IMG/VR virus record: IMGVR_UViG_3300009488_000018
Location: 1-64,000 of that record
Origin: a virus
Strand: one strand, 5' to 3'
DNA length: 64,000 nucleotides
Shown: positions 20,420 to 28,457 of the stretch, in pieces
Layout of the letters: the number at the start of each line of letters is the position of its first letter
Numbering within the stretch: the first letter of the stretch is position 1
Made by a program: the position numbers and the translations under genes
Notes under the pieces: model-generated
Databases searched by the model: none
What the model was told of the DNA's origin: nothing
The model's input: the letters and a program-made list of their open reading frames with translations, nothing else

Positions 20420-21828
20420 ATGTTACGAGAACTTATAGAGTACATAAAATGGTTACGAGACGGTAAACCAATGCTTACTTATCCTGGTTTCCATTGTGGA
20501 GCATGTGGTCGTTGGGAGGACGAAGAATTCTCTATACCAAAACATAAATCTGATGGAGAATGGGCTGATACATGGGGATTATGTAAACAATGTATACAAG
20601 AAAGTACAGGAGTTAATCATGAAATACAAAGTCAAATATCAAAGAAGAAGTAGAGACGGTTATTCATTGAAAAACATTACAGATATATTTTCAACTGGTC
20701 TTTCTCAAGAAAAATTTGTTGAGGTTTTCAATAAACTGAGAGAAGGCAGTAGCACAATGCCCATAACCGTTAACGACGTAAAAAAAGTAAGATTTAATAG
20801 AGTAGAAGTATTTTCTGTTGTCTTACTAACAATTAGTATATTAGTAGCAATTTTCTCATTTCTTATGAAAAACTAAATAAGGAGAGACAATCATGAGAAA
20901 AGTTAAGTTTAAAGTAGTAATAACTAATCGTCGTATTAGTTACTATGCTCAAGGGAAATATTGTAAAATATACAATAAAGGTGAAATCGTAACTGCCGAG
21001 AAACATACAATTGGTATTGCAGTATTTAAAAAGAAACAGAACGCTGAGAAATTCATAGATAGACATGTCGTAGGACAAATCATAACTGTAGAACCAATTG
21101 GCAGAGGAAAAACTTTCAGTCTTGTTTTTGGTAGTCAAGATGAAGATTCATTGAATTTCTTTTATCATGAACTATCAGAATGTCCTAAGTTTCTTGATTT
21201 TGCTATAGACAGGTCAATAACACCAAAAGGAACAATCTTCTATCCAGCAGTAAAAGTATTAGATTAAAGGGATAAGACTATGATAGACCATAAAACAATA
21301 ACTAAATGGTTAATAGATTTTTCTGAGGACAGAGAATCTATACAAATTGAACTTGACTCTAATGGAAGTCTTGCTGATATAGTCTTCAATGGAAGTTTTG
21401 AAGAAATGATAAAGCATATAAAATATGTGATAAAAATAGATAAAGTTTCTGTATTTACAAAGAGACAAATTCAAGCAAGACTTATCATACAACTTACAAA
21501 CAAATATGGACTACAACTAAATGAGTGGTCATAGAAAGGAGAAGAAGTGTTTAATAACTTGTCCACAAAACTAAAAGTTAGATCATCAAGGTTTGCGAGA
21601 GAACATTCTAGTGGTCTCGCCAAAACAATTTTCATCTTGATTGTTGCAGCGATTTGTTTTATACCGTTCTATATTGGTTTACTTTTTTGGTGGTTGATAT
21701 CTCCATCAGGATTTTGGCCAGTTTTTGCAACATCAGCATTACTATTAGTAATTTTCGGTTCAACACAAACAATATGTCTTATTATTAGCATCATTGTTAT
21801 TATTAATGTTCTAGTTGAAGATCTCTAG
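20420..21828 (+). other. Run of small hypothetical CDSs (20420-20653, ~20619-20876, 20893-21267, 21280-21534, membrane protein 21547-21828)
   Basis: Abutting + strand ORFs with purine-rich RBSs. Confidence 0.6.
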
Positions 21829-21843
21829 AAACAGGAGAACATA

Positions 21844-22209
21844 ATGAGAACAGAAGAAGAACATGTTGAATATACAAATACATATTACATATGTGAAAGA
21901 TGTAACTACAGATGGTTAGGTTCTAAAATATATATTGTTTGTTGTCCTAAACATGGTGATCTTTGTGCTCATTGCGCTACAAATATAGACCCTAAGAAGC
22001 TAGTCTTCCCTTTTGTAATATGTCCAGAATGTAAAATTACAGGAAATGAAATTATAAGTTACCAGTACCAGAACAATAACCCTCCAACTGGTCCAAACTG
22101 TCAGTGGGACAAAATACTTTTGCCAGAATCTTTCGTAATAATACGAGACGATTCATCAGGTTATTGGATTGGTTCTAAAAAGGAGGCAGTTGATGAGAAT
22201 AATAGTTAA
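21844..22209 (+). CDS. Zn-finger protein (paralog 1)
   Basis: CERC..W...CPKHG.LC..C...CPEC; C-terminal G.WIGS. Confidence 0.65.
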   Translation: MRTEEEHVEYTNTYYICERCNYRWLGSKIYIVCCPKHGDLCAHCATNIDPKKLVFPFVICPECKITGNEIISYQYQNNNPPTGPNCQWDKILLPESFVIIRDDSSGYWIGSKKEAVDENNS

Positions 22210-22456
22210 AAATATTAAAGTAAATCACTACGTTTGCGAAAGATGTGGACGTGAATGGCAAGAGAGAATGTGGATAACAAAATGTCCTAAACATGGAGAG
22301 TTCTGTGCAGATTGTTCTATTTCCGAAAACGGGGAAAAGTTAGTATGTCCAGACTGTCGTTCTGAGATGGCTAGGGATATACAAACAATTACATACCCAT
22401 ACGTTGAAATAAAAAAAGACTTTGCAGGAGTTTGGATTGGTTCTATTTCAACTTAG
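22193..22456 (+). CDS. Zn-finger protein (paralog 2)
   Basis: CERC..W...CPKHGEFC..C...CPDC; C-terminal GVWIGS. Confidence 0.65.
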   Translation: MRIIVKNIKVNHYVCERCGREWQERMWITKCPKHGEFCADCSISENGEKLVCPDCRSEMARDIQTITYPYVEIKKDFAGVWIGSIST

Positions 22457-22468
22457 AACAAAATAAAT

Positions 22469-22821
22469 GGGGGTGAATGGCTTCGACGGGGACAATGAAA
22501 TATATGTTGCGTATCGCGGGCGGCTGACCGTGTTAAAACCAGTCAAATTAAACATAGTCGCAGATGACTATTACCAAGAGATGCGCTTAGCTGCGTAACT
22601 CCGTTCTTTTCCCGTCCCTCTCCGTGGACTCGAAAAGAGCGTCGACTTTAACGGAGATAGCTTGATTTTCTGTCCACAAAAATCAGGCGAGACACTGTGG
22701 ACTTAATCTTCATACAAGTTGTCTGGATACGAGTAAGAAGATGACATTTATAATCCAGAATATATACGTAGAAGCATGTGTTGAAAGTTTTCGGACTCGG
22801 GTTCGATTCCCGACACCTCCA
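22469..22821 (+). ncRNA. ssrA: tmRNA; tag peptide (A)ADDYYQEMRLAA at 22560-22598
   Basis: 5' GGGGGTG..GGCTTCGAC; 3' GGGTTCGATTCCCG-CACCTCCA with G3:U70 alanine identity; internal tag ORF ending LAA-stop. Confidence 0.93.
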
Positions 22822-22843
22822 TCCAAGGTTACTGGAGAAACTA

Positions 22844-23185
22844 ATGGAAACTATAGGAAAGACGTATGTCAGCAAAACAGACGAAGAACTGAAACAAGTC
22901 GCGTTAGACTTATTTAAGGGTATTATTTTTTCGGATCGACACTTGATAAATGAACCTAACATGCTTACTTCAGTATTCATGGTACTTCCAATGTTAGATA
23001 AAGAAAAATTAGAAGAACTAAAAAATAATGATGTACATTTCATTTTTGAGTATCTTGATAAAGCTTTGCCGAGGTCTATAAATGGCTGTCCGGCATTTAT
23101 GTCACTACAATATCTTGATAAAGACGACACTGAAAAGATGTTTAAATATTATAGAGAAATAGAAAGAAAAGTTAAGTCAGTATAA
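22844..23185 (+). CDS. Hypothetical phage protein
   Basis: GGAG RBS right after the tmRNA. Confidence 0.65.
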   Translation: METIGKTYVSKTDEELKQVALDLFKGIIFSDRHLINEPNMLTSVFMVLPMLDKEKLEELKNNDVHFIFEYLDKALPRSINGCPAFMSLQYLDKDDTEKMFKYYREIERKVKSV

Positions 23186-23336
23186 TTAGCGTCTATTTTA
23201 AAGTCACTGGAGAAACTGGATTATCGAGCCAACATCCAAGATGAAAATTTAAAAAGCGCTCCTAGAAGTTTCTCCAGTGACTCCTTCCTTTATTCCACAT
23301 CTAATAGTAAAACAAATCTAACAAGAGGCAACTACG

Positions 23337-23618
23337 ATGAAACGAGATTTAAGTTTCTTAAATAAAGAAATAACAAATCGAATAAAAAAGTGGATTATCG
23401 AAAGTAATAAATGGAATTGTCCATTCCTTTATAATGTTATATACATGGATCCTCAATCTGGACTTACACACCACTGTAATTATTGTGAGAAAATATTTCC
23501 AGGAATCAAGGGGAGACAAAACCCAAAGACAACAATAAGAAATTGTCCTTGTGGCCACTACGAGTTCAGATATGTAAAACGTATAGCCAATCTCATAATC
23601 AAAGAAATACCTAAATAA
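23337..23618 (+). CDS. Cys-rich protein, tandem duplicate 1
   Basis: MKRDLSFLN...CP..C.YCEKIFPG...CPCGHYE. Confidence 0.7.
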   Translation: MKRDLSFLNKEITNRIKKWIIESNKWNCPFLYNVIYMDPQSGLTHHCNYCEKIFPGIKGRQNPKTTIRNCPCGHYEFRYVKRIANLIIKEIPK

Positions 23619-23631
23619 AGAGGCAACTACG

Positions 23632-23910
23632 ATGAAACGAGATTTAAGTTTTTTAAATAGACGAATAATACGTCGAATAAAAAAGTGGGTCAAAGGTAGT
23701 AAATGGAATTATTGTCCATTCATTTATCAATTACCTAGCTTCAGATTATTTGGTTTTAAATCTAAACGTCGATGTTATTATTGTGAGAAAATATTTCCAG
23801 GAATCAAGGGTAAAGAAAAACCAGAAAGAACAATAAGTAATTGTCCTTGTGGCCACTATGAATATAGGTACGTAAAACGTATAGCTAACCTCATAATAAA
23901 ACTAAGTTAA
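23632..23910 (+). CDS. Cys-rich protein, tandem duplicate 2
   Basis: Near-identical N- and C-terminal DNA to 23337-23618. Confidence 0.7.
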   Translation: MKRDLSFLNRRIIRRIKKWVKGSKWNYCPFIYQLPSFRLFGFKSKRRCYYCEKIFPGIKGKEKPERTISNCPCGHYEYRYVKRIANLIIKLS

Positions 23911-23927
23911 TAGAAAGGAGGCTTACA

Positions 23928-25880
23928 GTGTTACGTAAAGATGGAAGAGTTAAGTTCTATACAGTTCAGTATCTTTCCACAGTATCTAACCAGTGGACAG
24001 AACTCAAGCTTGAGAACTTTATTGGTGTAAGTCAAAAAGATGCTTACAACCCGCTTGAAGAACCCTATAGAAGTTTTACATTAAGTGGGAAATGTTGGCA
24101 AACAATCGGAGAACGAGGATGTTATAACAAGAAGGTTGCTATCAGACTTCTCAAACTTCTCAATGCAAAATATACTAAAATATCTTTCCGTGTCATACAT
24201 GTCGAAATGTGGCAAGAAACACAACAAGTATATCCTCACCAACACTATCCAATACCAATACCAAGGAGATAAAATGTTAATTGAGATTGATGAACATGTA
24301 ATCAACAAAGTTAAAGACATCGCAAAAGAGAGCTGCGACAAAAAAACTGATTTAGATGAAATAGACGAGTTCATACAAGACATAATTGAAGAATGGATCC
24401 TTAGAAAAGAAACTTTGAAAGGTTAAGGAAGGAATTATGTTAGAAAAAAAAATATGTAAGAGATGTCGTATAAAGGAATTCAATAGTAGTAAAGGATGGA
24501 ACGAGTTCACAGAATCGTGGTTCGATCCATACATATACAAAGTGGGTGGGACAGTAATCCGTCCAGGTCATGTACATTGTCCCTACCCCATACTTGAGAG
24601 ATGGAGAGAGAGGGCATTAGAAAAGATAAGAAAATCTGGATTGTTCGAAAAATGGGAACTTGGTCTCATTGAAAGTCAGTTCGGAATCTTTGATTCTCAA
24701 GTACATTTAACAGAAGAAGACCCCCCACCATGGTGTCCTTACAAAAAAGAACATAGAAAAGATCTGAAAATTACATTGGACCATGGATCTAGTCTAAGAG
24801 AAAGATTTAGTTAAGAAACTAAAGTTTGGAAGGTGATGATTTTCCCACCATACCCACCAAAAATGGCGCGGAAAGCATGTTTCAGCCAGTCATCACCTTC
24901 CATTATTCATAAGAAGGAGAAACCAGATGGAAAAAGAAGATATTGAAGATCTCAAGAAAATAAGGTACGAAGTAGAAAGGATAATGAGCTCTTTCTCAAA
25001 TATCAATAAGATCCTAAATTATTGGATTGAAAGGCTCGAAAAAAAAGAATTAAATACTGATGCCAAAGGAGAAGCAGATGCCGATAGCCTGTAAATATTG
25101 TATCGCTACTAAGGGACTAAAGGGAAGTGATATCGATAAACTTCCTAAAACCAATGAGGAACTTTTTCAACATATAGAAACGGAACACCATGTACCAATA
25201 ATTAGGGAAAATGAAACAGAAGAAGAATGTTTGGAGCGGTTTAAAAGAGAGAATCCAGAAGCTGGTGGTCCTAACTGTAAATGTCCCGCTTGTCAACGTA
25301 AAGGAGAGGTTCAGGATCTGTTAAACGATCTTCAATGTCATAATTAGAAGAAAGGAGATAACATGTCAATCTTTCCAAAACCAGAAGTTCTTAATGAGCA
25401 AATTGAGGACGAAAAGTCAATATATAAATGCTCCAACTGTAATAAAGAATTTCCTGGAAAAGAAATGAAATTTCAAGATGGTCTTCCAGATAATTTTCAA
25501 ATTGCAGGTCTGGACCAAAACCAAAAAATACCACAGTGTCCTCATTGTGACAAACTTGCGTTTTTTGGTTTTGAAAAAGTAAGATAAAAGGAAGGAGCAT
25601 GAATAAGAAAAAAATAGAATATCTTTTAGATCATTGGAAACTAGGAATTCATCTCGTCCTGCATACCAATAGATTCGGGGTGAATAATGACTGGTGGTTT
25701 CAGTATCGTGAATCACTTTTTGGGTATCGACCTTGGTGGAAAACCCTACTTAACTTGATTACTGTACGTCCAATGATAAGAAATTATAAAGCTATGAAAC
25801 ACAGAGCTATATATCTTGGCTTTATGCATCCAGATGAAGTAAGACTTTTATGGGGTAAACACCCCTGGTTTGATGATTAA
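23928..25880 (+). other. Run of small hypothetical CDSs (23928-24272, ~24274-24426, 24437-24814, ~24928-25059, 25060-25347, 25363-25587, 25599-25880), several with CxxC motifs
   Basis: Packed ORFs with AAGGAG-type RBSs. Confidence 0.6.
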
Positions 25881-25914
25881 AGAGAATATCGGAATCAAGA
25901 AAGGAGTATAACTT

Positions 25915-26127
25915 GTGACAAAAATGATAGAACTATATATACAGAGTCCTAAAACGGAGAAAATTAAAACCGCAAAAGGCACAGTGGACTACTCTGATTG
26001 GTTAGAACAAGAAAGGGACCGGATTAGTTCAGACCCGACTCGGACTGTAGAAGTCAGGGAAAGTAAGAGTGGTGATCAAGTATCTCTCTGGGTTGATGTT
26101 ACGAAACGTAAACGTATCAGAGTATAG
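25915..26127 (+). CDS. Small protein, paralog A, upstream of the RAMP-like gene
   Basis: AAGGAG RBS; MIELY.Q..KT.K..T.KGT.DY..WL.QERDRI.SDPTR..EVRE.K.G...SLWVD. Confidence 0.7.
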   Translation: MTKMIELYIQSPKTEKIKTAKGTVDYSDWLEQERDRISSDPTRTVEVRESKSGDQVSLWVDVTKRKRIRV

Positions 26128-26150
26128 CCCAGCGGAATGCAGCAAAGTAA
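26111..26150 (+). repeat. Short ARY-NN pentamer unit (8 pentamers) overlapping the stop of paralog A
   Basis: aacgt atcag agtat agccc agcgg aatgc agcaa agtaa. Confidence 0.7.
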
Positions 26151-26176
26151 TTAATTTTAAACGGAAGGAGTTACTT

Positions 26177-26377
26177 ATGGGAGAAATGATAGAATTATAC
26201 AAACAAGGTTTCAAAACAGGAAAAGTTCAAACTATAAAAGGTACAATGGACTATATTAATTGGTTAAAGCAGGAAAGAGACCGGATCGGCTCAGACCCGA
26301 CTCGGATTGCAGAAGTCAGGGAAAATAAGATCGGAAATCGAGCGTCCCTTTGGGTTGATAATCTTGTAGAATATTAA
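26177..26377 (+). CDS. Small protein, paralog B, upstream of the RAMP-like gene
   Basis: AAGGAG RBS, ATG at 26177; clear paralog of 25915-26127. Confidence 0.7.
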   Translation: MGEMIELYKQGFKTGKVQTIKGTMDYINWLKQERDRIGSDPTRIAEVRENKIGNRASLWVDNLVEY

Positions 26378-26390
26378 CATACTTAAGGAG

Positions 26391-26445
26391 AGCGGAGTAT
26401 AGCAAAGCCAAACACAGCCGAGCGCAACCTAGCGAAACATAGTTA
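26391..26445 (+). repeat. ARY-NN pentamer unit (11 pentamers) in the leader of the RAMP-like gene
   Basis: agcgg agtat agcaa agcca aacac agccg agcgc aacct agcga aacat agtta. Confidence 0.9.
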
Positions 26446-26469
26446 ACTTAACGAGAAGGAGAAATAGTT

Positions 26470-27042
26470 ATGAAAGAATGGCAAATAGACATAAAAGTTA
26501 AGGGTCTGACTGATATTATGTTTGATCGTTTTTACGATCAAAGTAAAACGAAAAGACCACCCGAAGCAAAAATGTACATCAACGATGGTATTATTTCATT
26601 TCCTAGTATGAATATACGTGCTTTCCTAACTAGCCAGAGGAATGGTGGGTGTGTTCGAGTATTTGAAGGAAAGAACTGGGCAGACTATTATCGTGTCTGT
26701 CAGTCCTTTGTGAAAATCGAGGACTGTTTTATTCCATTCCTTGATGAAAATGAACAGCCAATTAAGTTCGATAACTTCAAGGAGAAAACGTTCATATATA
26801 CTTGTAACGTATTGGTAGGACACGGACAAAACGTAAGTCGTCAAACTATTTCAAGACCAGTACTTAGACTGCCCTGGTTTCTCGAATTCCAAATTATACT
26901 CTTCGAGAACGAACTTATAAAGTTAGAAAAACTCAAAGAGTATTTCCAACGAGGTGGTAAGCTGATTGGCTTTGGAAATGGGAGACCTCAGGTTGGCCAG
27001 TTCGAAATTATCAAATGGGATGTAAGGGAATTACAATCATAG
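26470..27042 (+). CDS. Stand-alone Cas7/RAMP-like protein (candidate VIPR-type RNA-guided effector)
   Basis: N-terminal strand 'WQIDIKVKGLTDIMFDR'; 'IISFPSMNIRAFL' resembles the RAMP IPxxxIKG helix; strand 'WFLEFQIILFE'; C-terminal Gly-rich loop 'GGKLIGFGNGRPQVGQFEI'; adjacent to the repeat array. Confidence 0.7.
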   Translation: MKEWQIDIKVKGLTDIMFDRFYDQSKTKRPPEAKMYINDGIISFPSMNIRAFLTSQRNGGCVRVFEGKNWADYYRVCQSFVKIEDCFIPFLDENEQPIKFDNFKEKTFIYTCNVLVGHGQNVSRQTISRPVLRLPWFLEFQIILFENELIKLEKLKEYFQRGGKLIGFGNGRPQVGQFEIIKWDVRELQS

Positions 27043-28382
27043 CTAAGCCAAGTGAAGCAAAGTATAGCGGAGCCTAGCGAAACGAAGCCCAGCATATGAA
27101 ACGTAGATATCACTTAAGTTGAAAACTTCTAAGTGGTATCTACGTTCTAAGTTAGAAGTTTAAAATAAAAAATTGTAGTCTAACGGAGCGGAGTAGAGCG
27201 GAGCATAACGCAACTTAGTATAACAAAGCATCGCATCAGTTAAGAAAACAATGAAATAGAAAAATACTGGAAGTACTCCCTCAGCCGAGCAAAACACAGC
27301 TGAGCAGACCTAAGTGGAGCAGAGCATAACAAAGCATAGTAAAAACAACGAAATAAAAACACTGAAAGTTTTGGATCGAAGAGGAGCGAAGCTAAACGCA
27401 GTAAAACGCAGCTAAGCTGAGCCGAGCGAAACGAAGCGTAGTTTAATACTAGTAAAATAGAAGAAGTGAAGTATTAAAGATATTTTTTCAGTAACTAAAA
27501 CTAAGCAGAGCGGAGCTGAGTACAGCAAAACAAAACGGAACGGAGCGACACATAGCATAGCATAGTAAAAATAACGAAAAATATAAATGTTATCAGAGCG
27601 CAGTGAAGCTGAACACATCAGAGTATAGCCAAGCGTAACTAAGATCAGCGAAGCAAAGAATAAAAAACGACAAAAAGTAAAATGGATATTCCGGAGCGCA
27701 GCGAAGTTTAACCAAGCGCAGTCCAGCCAAGCACAACCCAACAAAGCAAAGCATAGTCACAACGAGAAATGGAATACTAAAACATTTTTCAGAGCGGAAC
27801 GAAACAAAGTGCAACGAAGAATAACGAAAAAGTTTCAAAGCGCAGCTGAGTATAGCGCAACACAACTAAACCAAGACCAGCTTAGCAAAGCACAGAACAA
27901 CGAAAAATACCAAAATATTTTCATAGCATAGTGAAACAAAGCACAGATAAGCATAACTTAGCTCAACATAGCAAAACTCAACTGAGTAAAGTAATAGTAA
28001 AAGAATAACGAAAAATACTAAAATATTTTCATAGCAAAACTAAGCACAACAAAGTCTAGCTTAGCGCAGTTCAACCTAGCGAAACGAAGCAAAGCATAGC
28101 AAAGAACGAAAAATAAAATACTAAAATATTTCTATAATACAGCCTAGCTGGGCGAAGCATAACTTAGCTAAACGAAACGAAGCGGAGCAAAGCATAGCAA
28201 AGAACGACAAAGAGTAAAATAATGAATATTCCGCAGCTGAGCGAAGCAGAATAGAGCAAAGCGGAACACAACAAAGTACAGCGGAGCATAGTAAAGAACG
28301 AAAAATACTAAAACATTCACCTAGCGAAGCCTAACCAAGCAAAGTACAGCGGAACTTAACTTAGCGAAGCAAAACGAAACAA
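27041..28382 (+). repeat. Array of 14 non-coding units of ~11-15 ARY-NN pentamers (one truncated) separated by A-rich linkers; putative guide-RNA array
   Basis: Units start at ~27041, 27177, 27283, 27375, 27499, 27592, 27695, 27793, 27839, 27925, 28033, 28136, 28235, 28323; linker consensus ~A(G/A)AACGAAAAATACTAAAA(T/C)ATTTTC. Confidence 0.9.
27100..27146 (+). other. Long hairpin between array units 1 and 2
   Basis: aacgtagatatcactta / taagtggtatctacgtt 17-bp stem (one G-U) plus an inner agtt/aact stem. Confidence 0.75.
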
Positions 28383-28385
28383 CGT

Positions 28386-28430
28386 AAAATTGTCACCTGA
28401 CCCATTTCTGAGTTAGGTGACAATTTTTTT
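28386..28430. terminator. Bidirectional terminator between the array and the convergent capsid gene
   Basis: aaaattgtcacctgac / gttaggtgacaatttt followed by a T-run. Confidence 0.8.
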
Positions 28431-28457
28431 GTTTCGAGTTCGAGTCTCGTCTATTTA

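Noticed and set aside
22648-23130. ORFs overlapping RNA genes (22648-23130, 53909-54163, 58253-58474, 61484-61780) and N-terminal extensions of 22778, 40598-41488 and 61524
   Set aside because: They are shadows of the tmRNA or tRNAs; better starts with RBSs lie outside the RNA genes.
27412-27865. Minus-strand ORFs 27412-27744 and 27593-27865
   Set aside because: Low-complexity Leu/Cys/Phe translations of the pentamer repeat's reverse strand; no RBS; treated as artefacts.
27041-28382. Canonical CRISPR array
   Set aside because: No identical 25-40-nt direct repeats alternating with contiguous spacers; constant and variable bases are interleaved at 5-nt period; no cas1/cas2.
26391-28382. TRAP (MtrB) binding sites ((G/U)AG-NN x11) or a simple microsatellite
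   Set aside because: The frequent AAC triplets break the NAG consensus and there is no mtrB or trp context. NN is too diverse and unit length too regular for a slippage microsatellite.
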